Positions 8,663 through 19,710 of a stretch of 64,000 bases of DNA are shown here, in pieces. The DNA lies in contig JBQTHZ010000010.1 in the NCBI GenBank assembly GCA_052388515.1, positions 565 through 64,564 on the forward strand, written 5' to 3'. The translations under genes and the position numbers were made by a program. Numbering within the stretch: the first letter of the stretch is position 1; every line of letters begins with the position of its first letter. The notes below the pieces were generated by a model. It did not search any database, was not told the origin of the DNA, and was given only the letters and a program-made list of their open reading frames with translations. The DNA is from Chloroflexota bacterium. GTDB lineage: Bacteria; Chloroflexota; Limnocylindria; QHBO01.

Positions 8663-10875
8663 AAGCCGGCCCGCCAGGCCTCGGCCAGCCGCGCGAGCGG
8701 AATCGTCAGCCGCGCATCGCCGAACCGCACATCGAGCACCGCACCACCGGTCACGCCCAGCCGCGCCGCGGGCACGCCCGCCTCGTCCGCCGTGCGCCGC
8801 AGGTCGGTGGCGCGGTCCTGCGGAACCGCAACGAGGATCCTGGCCGCTCGTTCACCGAAGGCGGCCGACGTCTCCTGGGCGGAGTCCACCACCACCTCCA
8901 CGCTCGCGCCGCTGCCGGCCTGGATCGCCATCCGCGCCAGTGCAACGCCCACGCCCCCAACGGAGCAGTCGTGCGCGGCGGTGACGAGCCCGTCGCGCGC
9001 GAGCGACGGCAGCAGCGCGATCACCCGCGCGCAAGCCCCCAGGGCGAGCGTCGGGACGCCGCTGCGAAGCCCGCGGCGCCATGCCAGCTCCGAGCCAGCC
9101 AGCGCGTTCGCATCGGTCCCGGGCTCGCCGAGCAGCCAGATCTCCTCGCCGGACGTCCATGCCATGCGCAGCGCGTTGCTTCGCTCCTCGAGCAGGCCGA
9201 TGGTGCCGATGACCGGCGTCGGGAGGATGGGACCATCCGGTGTCTCGTTGTAGAGGCTCACGTTGCCGGATACCACGGGAACGCCCAGCGCGCGGCAGGC
9301 ATCGGCGATACCGTCGATGGCCTGCTCGAGCTGCCAGGCGCCCAGGTCGGTCTCCGGCGAGCCGAAGTTCAGGCAATCCGTGATGCCGATCGGCGTTGCC
9401 CCCATGCACGCCACGTTGACTGCGCCCTCCACCACCGCCGAGATGCCTGCAAGGTACGGGTCGCGTGCGCCGATGCGGGCCGGCCCGGGGCCGTCGATCG
9501 CGAGCGCGAGCGCCCTGCGCGTGCCCTTCACGCGGAGCAGGGCGGCATCGCCGGCGCCCGGACCGACCAGGGTATTGGTGCCGTTCATGTGGTCATAGCG
9601 GCGCCAGACCGGCTTGCGATCGCGCGCATTCGGGGAGCCCAGCAACTCGAGCAGCGTCGCCTCCGTCGGGACCTCGGCGGCGAGCTCCTCGAGGCCGGCG
9701 GCATCCAACGAGCCGGGGGAGCCGGATACCGCGTAGCGTGGCGCGTCGTCCGCCAGCGCGCGGCCAGGCACCTCGCACACCAGCTCGCCGCCGGCTCGAC
9801 AGCGGACGACGGGCTCGCCCAGCACGGTGCCGATCTGCGCGGCCGCCAGCTCGTAGTGGTCGAAGATCGCCCGCACCGCGGGAACAGCTTCGGGCCGCAC
9901 GACGATGAGCATGCGCTCCTGGGACTCGGAGAGCATGACCTCGTATGGGGTCAACCCGCCCTCGCGTCGAGGGACGGCATCGAGGTCGACCTCGGCGCCG
10001 ACGCCGCCCCGAGCGGTCAGCTCAGCCAGCGCGCACGTCAGGCCCGCGGCGCCGAGATCCTGCATGGCAACCACGCCATCCAGCCGCGCGAGTTGCAGGC
10101 ATGCCTCCATGAGCAGCTTCTCGAGGAACGGGTTGCCGACCTGCACCGCCGGTCGGCGTGCGTCGCGATCCTCCCCCAGCGTCGCCGACGCGAACGAGGC
10201 GCCCTGGATCCCGTCCCGGCCGGTCGCGGCCCCCACCAGCAGCAGGACGTTCCCGACGCCGGCCGCTCGCGCCAGAACGATCTCGTCGTGGCTCGCGATC
10301 CCCACGCACATCGCGTTCACGAGCGGGTTGCCGGAGTAGGACGTGTCGAACGTGATCTCGCCGCCGACATCGGGGATGCCGATGCAGTTGCCATACCCCG
10401 CGATCCCGCCGATGACACCGTCGAACAGGTAGCGGTTGCGAGCGGCCACGTCGGCATCGGTCTCGCCATCGGCTTCCAGGGGGCCGAAGCGCAGGCTGTT
10501 CAGGAGCGCGATCGGTCGGGCGCCCATCGTGAAGATGTCGCGGATGATGCCGCCGACGCCGGTCGCGGCGCCCTGGTATGGCTCGACCGCGCTGGGATGG
10601 TTGTGCGACTCGACCTTGAAGACGACCGCCAACCCGTCACCGATGTCGATCGCTCCGGCGTTCTCACCCGGGCCGACCAGCACGCGCTCACCGGTGGACG
10701 GCAGCCGCCCGAGCAGAGGGCGCGAATGCTTGTACGCACAGTGCTCGGACCACATCGCGCCGAACATCCCGAGCTCCACCGCGTTCGGGACACGGCCGAG
10801 CGCTTCGACGACGAGGTCGTACTCCGTCTCGGTCAGGCCGTGCCGCTGCTCGGCCGGTGGTGGCGCGATGCTCAT
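8659..10875 (-). CDS. purL: phosphoribosylformylglycinamidine synthase subunit PurL
   Basis: Full-length small-type PurL (FGAM synthase II), ~738 aa, with N-terminal LTETEYDLVVEALGR...SEHCAYKHS. The start is at MSIAPPP (ATG 10873-10875). Confidence 0.95.
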   Translation of the reverse strand: MSIAPPPAEQRHGLTETEYDLVVEALGRVPNAVELGMFGAMWSEHCAYKHSRPLLGRLPSTGERVLVGPGENAGAIDIGDGLAVVFKVESHNHPSAVEPYQGAATGVGGIIRDIFTMGARPIALLNSLRFGPLEADGETDADVAARNRYLFDGVIGGIAGYGNCIGIPDVGGEITFDTSYSGNPLVNAMCVGIASHDEIVLARAAGVGNVLLLVGAATGRDGIQGASFASATLGEDRDARRPAVQVGNPFLEKLLMEACLQLARLDGVVAMQDLGAAGLTCALAELTARGGVGAEVDLDAVPRREGGLTPYEVMLSESQERMLIVVRPEAVPAVRAIFDHYELAAAQIGTVLGEPVVRCRAGGELVCEVPGRALADDAPRYAVSGSPGSLDAAGLEELAAEVPTEATLLELLGSPNARDRKPVWRRYDHMNGTNTLVGPGAGDAALLRVKGTRRALALAIDGPGPARIGARDPYLAGISAVVEGAVNVACMGATPIGITDCLNFGSPETDLGAWQLEQAIDGIADACRALGVPVVSGNVSLYNETPDGPILPTPVIGTIGLLEERSNALRMAWTSGEEIWLLGEPGTDANALAGSELAWRRGLRSGVPTLALGACARVIALLPSLARDGLVTAAHDCSVGGVGVALARMAIQAGSGASVEVVVDSAQETSAAFGERAARILVAVPQDRATDLRRTADEAGVPAARLGVTGGAVLDVRFGDARLTIPLARLAEAWRAGF

Positions 10876-10888
10876 GTGAGCCGGCCGG

Positions 10889-11584
10889 CTATCGTCCGGG
10901 TCCACCCAGGGGCTGGTCGCGTCCCAGCTCGAGCAGGACGGCACCCATCGCCGCCGCCGCGGATCCAAGGAACAGCAGCAGCTCGCCGATCCCCGCGACG
11001 CCGAAGCCGATCCGGTCGAGCGCGATCCCGAAGGCGATGAGCACGATCACCAGGGTGACCAACCGGAGGTGCGTGAAGGCAGGCACGCTTCCCGAGAAGA
11101 AGACCGTCACCGCGATCCCGATGAGCGCCAGCAACAGGATGAGGTCAACCGGATTCAGGAACCCATCGAACAGGCCGATGACCACGCCGAGCGCGGCGAC
11201 CGCCGCCCCGACACCGATCAGCCACGCCGACAAGGTGAGCGGCATCGTGACCGGCAGCCTCACCGGCGCGGGTGAATGATCTCGGCCGGGTCGACGCGGC
11301 GTCGTGGGCGTCGGACGTGGAGGCATCGCGGACTCGGCCGCCGGATTCGGTGGTGGAGCTGCCTCTTCGACACGCGTCGGCTCCTCGAAGCGATCCTCAT
11401 GAGCGTCAGCTGGCGACGCCTCGCTCGGCAGGCGCGCTCCGGGCTGGTCGGGCGCCTGGTCCGGCCACGCGGGCGCCGGAGGGATCTCGGTCTCGGTGGC
11501 CTGGTCGATCGGCTGCCCGCAGGTCGGGCAGAAGACAGCGGAGTCCTCGACCTCGGTCCCGCAGTTCGGGCAGTAGCGGGCCAT
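10889..11584 (-). CDS. zinc-ribbon membrane protein (N-terminal CPNCG...CPTCG ribbon, Pro-rich linker, 4 TM)
   Basis: 231 aa starting MARYCPNCGTEVEDSAVFCPTCG. The stop of the upstream gene is 2 nt before this start. The long ORF extension upstream is in-frame junk over the neighbouring gene. Confidence 0.6.
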   Translation of the reverse strand: MARYCPNCGTEVEDSAVFCPTCGQPIDQATETEIPPAPAWPDQAPDQPGARLPSEASPADAHEDRFEEPTRVEEAAPPPNPAAESAMPPRPTPTTPRRPGRDHSPAPVRLPVTMPLTLSAWLIGVGAAVAALGVVIGLFDGFLNPVDLILLLALIGIAVTVFFSGSVPAFTHLRLVTLVIVLIAFGIALDRIGFGVAGIGELLLFLGSAAAAMGAVLLELGRDQPLGGPGR

Positions 11585-11586
11585 GA

Positions 11587-12837
11587 TCAGCTCCGCCCGA
11601 ATCGCGTCAGAGTGCCGATCAGCACGATCAGCGAGGCGAGCAGGAAGATGATCCCGGCAGGCGTCAGGACGCGGAGCATCCCGACAAGGTCGCCGCTCCA
11701 GTTGCCAGCGAGCTCGACCACGATGAAGAGCACGATGAGACCCACGCTCCACAGCAGCGTGATGCCGAGGCCGAGCGTCTGCAGCGGACCCGGCACGGCA
11801 CGCATGAACCCGGCGAGCGCGAGAACGAGGAGGAGCACGCCCAGGAGCGGGACGGGACCGGCGAGTCCGAAGTAGGCCTGATCGGCGAGGCCGGCGCCGA
11901 CATCGGGGTAGCCGGACCAGAAGGCCAGGCCGTAGCCGTCGGAGCCCATGGCCCGGTCGAAGAGCGACCCCGACCCATACAGGAACGGAAGCAGGTAGCC
12001 CGTGGCGATGCCCACCAGGCCGATGAGCAGGACGACCGGTCCAAGGATGGCACCACGACGCTCGACACCCGCCGACTCCGCGCCCGGTTCGGCTGCCACC
12101 GCCGGCGGCACATATCCAGCCGCCGTGCCGCGAAGGTTCGCGCCACAGTTCTGGCAGAAGGCAACGCCGGCTCGATTGTGCGTGCCGCAGCGCGGACAGG
12201 CCATCGTGCCCTCGGGCGTCCCCGGGCGATCGAGGGTGCTGGCGACGCCGGCCGCGACCAGCCGCTGGCCGCAGTTGCGGCAGAACGCGAGGCCGGGGCG
12301 ATTCTCGGTCCCGCAGCGCGGGCATTGCGTGCTCTCGCCGATGCCGCCCTCGCTTGCCGGGACCGCGTGAGCCGCCGTCGCGGATGGAGCTGCTGCCGCA
12401 GCTGCCGCGACGTCGACATCGGCATCGGGTGGCGGGGTGAGCGGAGCCGGATAGGCCTCCACCTCGCTGGGAGGCGGCTCGGCTGCGTCCGATTCCGTCG
12501 AGGCCGTCGGTGTCGGCTCGAGGATCGGCTCATCGCCGCGCTCCGGCGCGGCTGTCGGCCAGTCGTCTGCGTCGCTGGACCCCGCGGCAGGGGGCTCGGT
12601 CGGCCATGGCTCGCGCTCCGAGCTGTCGGCCGGAGGAGCTGGCGATGCATCCTGGCTCGGCCAGCTCTCGATCTCGCCTGTTGCCATCACCGGCTCTTCC
12701 GGATCATCCACGGTCGGCGCATCCCAGCTGGCCGGCTCCGGCGGCTCGAGAGCGTCGGGTCGTATCGGGTCGGCCGATGCCGGCGACGCGTCCTCCGCGT
12801 CCCGCGGGTCGCGGCGATCGCGCTCGTGGTGATCCAC
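11587..12837 (-). CDS. zinc-ribbon membrane protein (acidic Pro-rich N-terminus, two CPRCGT..N..FC.NCG ribbons, multi-TM C-terminus)
   Basis: 416 aa with two tandem zinc ribbons, then ~5 TM helices. The exact start is uncertain (12837, or the internal Met MATGEIE). Confidence 0.6.
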   Translation of the reverse strand: MDHHERDRRDPRDAEDASPASADPIRPDALEPPEPASWDAPTVDDPEEPVMATGEIESWPSQDASPAPPADSSEREPWPTEPPAAGSSDADDWPTAAPERGDEPILEPTPTASTESDAAEPPPSEVEAYPAPLTPPPDADVDVAAAAAAAPSATAAHAVPASEGGIGESTQCPRCGTENRPGLAFCRNCGQRLVAAGVASTLDRPGTPEGTMACPRCGTHNRAGVAFCQNCGANLRGTAAGYVPPAVAAEPGAESAGVERRGAILGPVVLLIGLVGIATGYLLPFLYGSGSLFDRAMGSDGYGLAFWSGYPDVGAGLADQAYFGLAGPVPLLGVLLLVLALAGFMRAVPGPLQTLGLGITLLWSVGLIVLFIVVELAGNWSGDLVGMLRVLTPAGIIFLLASLIVLIGTLTRFGRS

Positions 12838-12867
12838 TCGTTCGCCTCCTGCGGCAGGTCTGGACGG

Positions 12868-13623
12868 TCAGCCCGATGATAGCCGACGTTCTACGGCCGC
12901 CGGCTGCTCCTGCAGCCAGCGTTCCAGCGAGCGGAAGAGCCGCAGGCCATCGGTTCCACCGACGGCCGCTTCGGAGGCGCGCTCAGGGTGCGGCATGAGG
13001 CCGAGCACATTGCCTCGCTCGTTGACGATCCCGGCGATTCCGCGGTCTGATCCATTGGGGTTCGACCCTGGTGTCATCTGCCCATCACGGTTGCTGTAGC
13101 GCAGCACGACCCGTTCTTCCCGCTCGAGGGCGTCGAGCGTCGCGGCATCCGCGACGTAGCGACCCTCGCCATGACTGATCGGAAGGCTGATGACGTCGCC
13201 GTCCGCCAGGTCACCCAGCCACGGTGACGCCATCCTCGGATGCTCGACCCGAAGCGACTGCCAGTCGCACCGGAACTCCAGGTGATCGTTGCGCATCAGG
13301 GCCCCCGGCAGCATGCCGGCCTCTGTCAGAACCTGGAACCCGTTGCACGAGCCGATCACCGGCCCACCGGCGGCAGCAAAGGCCTCGACCGAGCGCATGA
13401 TCGGCGAAAAGCGCGCGATGGCGCCCGTTCGCAGGTGATCGCCGTGCGCGAAGCCGCCGGGCAGCACGACCGCGTCCGGCGCGTCCAGGGCTTCATCGGC
13501 ATGCCAGACGAGACGTGTCTCCCAGCCGAGCACGGACTCGATGACGTGGACGAAATCACGCTCTGACCAGGTCCCGGGAAAGACCGCCACCGCCACGCGC
13601 GGCCTGCGAAACGTGTGCGTCAC
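12868..13623 (-). CDS. purQ: phosphoribosylformylglycinamidine synthase subunit PurQ (glutaminase)
   Basis: Class I glutamine amidotransferase signature GSCNGFQ and the ...GLMPHPER C-terminal motif. The start overlaps the purS stop (ATGA). Confidence 0.9.
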   Translation of the reverse strand: MTHTFRRPRVAVAVFPGTWSERDFVHVIESVLGWETRLVWHADEALDAPDAVVLPGGFAHGDHLRTGAIARFSPIMRSVEAFAAAGGPVIGSCNGFQVLTEAGMLPGALMRNDHLEFRCDWQSLRVEHPRMASPWLGDLADGDVISLPISHGEGRYVADAATLDALEREERVVLRYSNRDGQMTPGSNPNGSDRGIAGIVNERGNVLGLMPHPERASEAAVGGTDGLRLFRSLERWLQEQPAAVERRLSSG

Positions 13624-13901
13624 GGGTTCGGACCCTCGGCGTCCTGCTGCTCATCGGCTCGCAGCTCCCAGCTGGCCGTCTCCATGACCGGATTGGCGAG
13701 CAACCGCCGGCACATCTCGTCGACCGCGGCCTCGGCTGCCTCGTGGTCGTCGGCATCGAATGCGATCCGGATCAGCTTGCCGCTGCGCACCTCGCTCACC
13801 GTCGCGTAGCCCAGTGATCGCAGCGCCGAGCTGATCGTCTGCCCTTCGGGATCAGCGATCCCCGAACGAAGCGCCACGTGGACCTCTGCCAGCCAGCGCA
13901 T
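13620..13901 (-). CDS. purS: phosphoribosylformylglycinamidine synthase subunit PurS
   Basis: A ~93-aa protein (MRWLAEVHVALRSGIADPEGQT...) sitting in the canonical purS-purQ arrangement. The ORF upstream of the Met is non-coding. Confidence 0.85.
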   Translation of the reverse strand: MRWLAEVHVALRSGIADPEGQTISSALRSLGYATVSEVRSGKLIRIAFDADDHEAAEAAVDEMCRRLLANPVMETASWELRADEQQDAEGPNP

Positions 13902-13971
13902 CAGCTCGCGTGCCGCACCGGCGATGTGCGGTGCAGAGCCAGCAAACGCCGGCCGGCAACGCGGCTCGTCC

Positions 13972-14868
13972 TCAGTGCCACGGGCGCCCGGTGAGCCGCT
14001 CGAAGGCCGCGACGTACCGATCACGAGTGCCCCGGATGACGTCGTCAGGAAGCAGTGGCGCCGGTGGCTCCTTGTTCCATCCCGCGTCGGAAACGAAGTC
14101 ACGCACGAATTGCTTGTCGAAGCTCTGCGGGCTCGACCCCGGCGCATACTGCTCGGCGTCCCAGAAGCGAGACGAATCCGGGGTCAGCACCTCGTCGATG
14201 ACCGCCAGCGCGCCGTCGATGAAGCCGAACTCGAACTTCGTGTCCGCCAGGATCAGCCCGACCGCCTCCGCGCGTCGGGCGCCCTCGACGTAGAGCGCAA
14301 TCGATCGTTCCTCGAGCTGGCTCGCCAGGTCCGCGCCGACCAGGCCCGCGAGCTGCTCGCGGCTGATGTTCTCGTCGTGCCCGATCTCCGCCTTCGTCGA
14401 TGGCGTGAAGATCGGCTCCGGCAGACGGTCCGCCTCCCTCAGACCCTCCGGCAGTCGATGGCCGCACACGGATCGGCTGCGCTGGTACTCGGCCCAGCCT
14501 GAGCCAGCCAGGTAGCCGCGCACGACGCACTCCGCATCCACCCGGTCAGCCCGGCGCACGAGCATCGAGCGCGGGGCCAGCTCGCGGGTGCGCGCCGGCT
14601 CCGGCAGGCGTTCGCGGTCGGCACTGACGAAGTGAGAGCGGCCAAGCCCTGCGAGCTGCTCGAACCACCAGGCCGACAGGCGGGTCAGGACGGCGCCCTT
14701 GTCGGGAATCGGCTGCTCGAACACGACGTCGAAGGCAGAGATGCGGTCGGTGGCGACGAGCAGAAGATGGCGGTCGTCGACCTCGTACGTCTCCCGCACC
14801 TTGCCGCGGTGCACCAGTGGCATCGATGCGATCTCGCTGCGCAGCAGCGTCTTCGATGCGGTCATTCG
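13972..14868 (-). CDS. purC: phosphoribosylaminoimidazole-succinocarboxamide synthase (SAICAR synthetase)
   Basis: A ~298-aa protein beginning MTASKTLLRSEIASMPLVHRGKVRETYEV, the long actinobacterial-type PurC. The huge upstream ORF extension is Arg/Gly-rich junk. Confidence 0.9.
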   Translation of the reverse strand, partial: RMTASKTLLRSEIASMPLVHRGKVRETYEVDDRHLLLVATDRISAFDVVFEQPIPDKGAVLTRLSAWWFEQLAGLGRSHFVSADRERLPEPARTRELAPRSMLVRRADRVDAECVVRGYLAGSGWAEYQRSRSVCGHRLPEGLREADRLPEPIFTPSTKAEIGHDENISREQLAGLVGADLASQLEERSIALYVEGARRAEAVGLILADTKFEFGFIDGALAVIDEVLTPDSSRFWDAEQYAPGSSPQSFDKQFVRDFVSDAGWNKEPPAPLLPDDVIRGTRDRYVAAFERLTGRPWH

Positions 14869-15359
14869 TCCTCCTCTTGGCTCTTGTCGTCGATTGGCTC
14901 CGGCCCGCGGTGAGTCCGGATGTTGAGTCGGCGCTTCGCGATTCGTTCGAGTCGCTGAAAGACCTCCAGCGCCACGATCACCAGCACGGTGCTGACGCCG
15001 GCGATGACGAGGAGTCCAGCTCCGGCCGCCATGCCCACGGCCGCAACCGCCCAGAGCGACGCCGCCGTCGTCAGGCCGCGCACGGTGCCGCCGTAATGAA
15101 GGATGGCGCCACCGCCGAGGAAACCGATGCCCGACACGATCTGGGCTGCAATCCGAGTCGGATCCGATCCTGGGCCGGTCAATCCATATGCGCTGATGAC
15201 GGTGAAGATGGCCGCGCCGAGCGACACGAGCGCATGGGTCCGAAAGCCTGCCGGCATGCGCTGCAGCTCTCGTTCCCACCCGATCACGGCGCCGAGCACG
15301 AGCGCCACCACGAGACGGGCGGTGAGCTCGATCTGCGTCTCGAGGCTCAGGGTTTCCAC
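14862..15359 (-). CDS. MgtC/SapB family membrane protein
   Basis: 165 aa with the conserved MgtC N-terminal domain (LGAVIGWERE...GFRTHALVSLGAA). Confidence 0.75.
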   Translation of the reverse strand: METLSLETQIELTARLVVALVLGAVIGWERELQRMPAGFRTHALVSLGAAIFTVISAYGLTGPGSDPTRIAAQIVSGIGFLGGGAILHYGGTVRGLTTAASLWAVAAVGMAAGAGLLVIAGVSTVLVIVALEVFQRLERIAKRRLNIRTHRGPEPIDDKSQEEDE

Positions 15360-16246
15360 GGCGACTCAGGTCCTTCCGGATGCATCGGTCGCGAGGAGTC
15401 GCGACCACGTGGCGGCCGACCACGCATGGAGCGCTCCGCCGGCCAGGACCAGGCAGAGCCAGGTCGCCACGAAGCCTACCAGCAGCAGCCCGATGGCGAC
15501 CTCGATCTCTCCGCCACCATCCAACCGAACTCCGATCGGCGCCCACAGGACGGCGAGCAGCAGGGTTGAGAAGCCGAGGAAAGCGAGCTGGATCGCGCAC
15601 GCGGCGATCGCATGGATCGTCGACGACGCACCGAGCGTCACGGATGGCGCCGATCGCAGCACCCTCGAAAGGCCACCTCGACCTCGCAGGACGAGCCGAC
15701 CGGCCACGGCCGCGAGCGCGCCACCGGCCACCACCGTCACGCCCAGGAGGGCCAGGTATGGCGTGAGACTCGTGAGCGTGCGCAGGACTGGCCCACTGGC
15801 CGGGTCGGGTGCGTTGAACTCGCGCGGGGCGATCACGGCCGCAGCCAGCAGGACCACCAGCATCGCGAACACCGCGGGCAGCGCCGCGACGAGATAGACG
15901 GCCAGCAGACGAGCGGCGTCGGAGCTGGCCGACGCACGGCGCTCGAGCTGGGCGATGAGGATGGCGTTCGCGATCGCCGTCAGCGTGAACGCCGCAAGGA
16001 CGATGGTCACGATCACGGCGCCCATGAGGACCGCGTTCCAGGGCCAGGCGCCGGACGTCACGGTGCGGGCGCCAAGGAAGGTCAGCTCGGCCACCGATGG
16101 TGGTCTGGCGACCGCCACCAGGAACGGCAGCCATCCGACGCAGGATAGCCACGCAAGCGCCCCCGGCACCCACAGCTCCGGCCGGGCCGATACGAACCGC
16201 GCCGACTCGACCGCGGCTTCACGCCAGCGACGCAATGCGCACGCCT

Positions 16247-17554
<1,308 letters not shown>

Positions 17555-17601
17555 GGGCTGAATGGTACGTGGCGCGGCGCTTCCGCGGCCGGCCGCGTCG
17601 C

Positions 17602-18090
17602 CTACGTGAGTCGCGGGTCGATCCGCAGCTCGGCCTGCTGCGCCTGCTCAGTTCGGAACGCTGACACGTGATCGGCGATCGTCGAATCCGAGAGGGCAAG
17701 AATGCGTGCCGCGAGGTGCGCGGCATTCTTCGCCCCTGCGCTTCCGATGGCGACGGTCGCGACCGGAACGCCGGGCGGCATCTGGACGACGGCGTAGAGC
17801 GCGTCGGCCCCGCCCAGCGAGCCACCGTCAAGCGGGATTCCGATCACCGGCTTCGCGGTCAGGCTGGCCAGCACCCCGGGCAGGTGAGCGGCCAGCCCGG
17901 CTGCCCCGATGAACAGCTGCACGCCGGATCCTTCGGCACCGGCGACGTAGGCGTGCAGCGCATCGGCCTGGCGGTGGGCACTGATGACCGATGCCTCCCA
18001 GCTGATGCCATACCTGTCGAGCAGATCGAAGCAGCCCTTCAGGGTCGGCAGATCAGAGCGGGAGCCGCAGACGACGGCGACGGTCGGCAT
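17602..18090 (-). CDS. purE: 5-(carboxyamino)imidazole ribonucleotide mutase
   Basis: 162 aa PurE fold (VAVVCGSRSD...AHRQAD..., GVPVATVAIG). No purK is adjacent. Confidence 0.9.
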   Translation of the reverse strand: MPTVAVVCGSRSDLPTLKGCFDLLDRYGISWEASVISAHRQADALHAYVAGAEGSGVQLFIGAAGLAAHLPGVLASLTAKPVIGIPLDGGSLGGADALYAVVQMPPGVPVATVAIGSAGAKNAAHLAARILALSDSTIADHVSAFRTEQAQQAELRIDPRLT

Positions 18091-18165
18091 TGGTGGATAG
18101 GATAGTCGCCGTCCTTGCCGCCATCTTCCCGGTGCCGAACAGCGACCACCGTCTCGTCTGGATTC

Positions 18166-19479
18166 TCACCCGGCCTCGTGGCTGGACTGCGTGCTGCTGT
18201 TGATCTCTGATTCGCGTGCCCCGATATCGGTCCGATAGCGGCCACCCTCCAGGGTGACCGACGCCACCGCACGATAGGCCGCCTCGCGGGCATCCTCGAA
18301 CGACGGCCCGTGGCCGACCATGGTCAGGACGCGGCCGCCGGTCGTCTCGTGGCGCCCGTCGGCCAGCCGGGCCGTGCCGGCATGGAAGCAGAGCAGGTCA
18401 CCGTCATCGGACGGCGACGACGGCTCGGCACCTTCGAGCAGGCGCCCGGTCAACGGGGCGTCGGGGTATCCCTCGGACGCGACGACCACGCCCACCGCCG
18501 CGCCGCCGCGCATGGCGATCGAGCCTTCCATGAGCCCGCGGTCGGCGGTGGCACATCCGATGAGGGCGCTCGCCAGGTCACCGTCGAGCATCGGCATCAG
18601 CACCTGTGCCTCGGGGTCTCCGAAGCGGGCGTTGAACTCGAGGACCATCGGTCCGTCATCGGTCAACATGAGCCCCGCGTAGAGGACGCCGCGATACGAG
18701 AATCCGTCGCGCGCCATGCGCCATGCGATCGGCTCGAAGACGTCGGCCGCCACCTGCTCGAGCGCCGCCCGCCCGAATGACGGCACCGGGGCGTAGGCAC
18801 CCATGCCGCCGGTGTTCGGCCCCGTGTCGCCATCGCCCAGGCGCTTGTAGTCACGGGCCACCGCCAGCGGGACGACCGCTTCGTCGCTGACCAGGGCGAA
18901 GGCGCTCACCTCCGCACCCGACAATCGCTCCTCGAGGACGACGCGGGCGCCGGGAGCCACGCTCTCGAACAGCTCGCGCACCGCCGTCGCCGCTTCATCC
19001 ACGCTCTCCGGCACCACCACTCCCTTGCCCGCCGCCAGCCAGTCGGCCTTGACCACCGGCGGCCGTTCGGCGGCACGAACGTGCGCGAGCGCCGCATCGG
19101 GGTCCGTGAAGCTCTGCGCCGTCGCGGTCGGGACGCCGGCTCGCCGCATCTGCTCCTTTGCGAAGGCCTTGCTCGACTCCAGGCGGGCTGCCGCCCTGGT
19201 TGGTCCGAAGGTGGGGATCCTGGTCGAAGCCAGCTCATCGGCAAGGCCCGCGGCCAGGGGCGTTTCCGGACCGATGACAACAAGTCCGTAGCGCTCACGA
19301 GCGGCGTGACGCGCGACCGCCGCGACGTCGCGGATGTCCAAATCGGGCACCGATTCGCCAACCGCCAGCGTGCCGCCGTTGCCCGGCGCGATCCGAACGA
19401 GACGCACGCCCTCGTCGCGCGCCAGCCGCCACGCAAGCGCGTGCTCCCGTCCGCCGGACCCGATCACCAGTGCATCCAT
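18166..19479 (-). CDS. purD: phosphoribosylamine--glycine ligase
   Basis: 437 aa with the MDALVIGSGGREHALAWRL N-terminus and an ATP-grasp domain. Confidence 0.9.
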   Translation of the reverse strand: MDALVIGSGGREHALAWRLARDEGVRLVRIAPGNGGTLAVGESVPDLDIRDVAAVARHAARERYGLVVIGPETPLAAGLADELASTRIPTFGPTRAAARLESSKAFAKEQMRRAGVPTATAQSFTDPDAALAHVRAAERPPVVKADWLAAGKGVVVPESVDEAATAVRELFESVAPGARVVLEERLSGAEVSAFALVSDEAVVPLAVARDYKRLGDGDTGPNTGGMGAYAPVPSFGRAALEQVAADVFEPIAWRMARDGFSYRGVLYAGLMLTDDGPMVLEFNARFGDPEAQVLMPMLDGDLASALIGCATADRGLMEGSIAMRGGAAVGVVVASEGYPDAPLTGRLLEGAEPSSPSDDGDLLCFHAGTARLADGRHETTGGRVLTMVGHGPSFEDAREAAYRAVASVTLEGGRYRTDIGARESEINSSTQSSHEAG

Positions 19480-19549
19480 CAGGCGCCGAGTCTAGGCGGA
19501 CATCTCGTGGCCGGGACCCGACGATTGCACCCTCGCCCCGGAGGCGGCG

Positions 19550-19676
19550 TTGCTGCGTCGGCAACTATCGGCCAATGAGCGCCCCTGGGAGCCGGCTCAG
19601 CCGTCGTCGCTTGCCACCACGGCAACGCACGACCGAAGTCCGGTTGCTCCGTCGCCGTTAGTTGCCGCTCCAGCAA
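19550..19676. repeat. array of three TTGC-N7-GCAA palindromic elements (19550-19564, 19611-19625, 19662-19676), spacings 61 and 51 bp
   Basis: TTGCTGCGTCGGCAA, TTGCCACCACGGCAA and TTGCCGCTCCAGCAA in the purD / UPF0182 intergenic region. The flanks (cgtTTGC...GCAAc) are similar to the other arrays. Confidence 0.7.
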
Positions 19677-19710
19677 ACGACTGATGCGCGGGACGCCGGC
19701 GGGGCTGACG

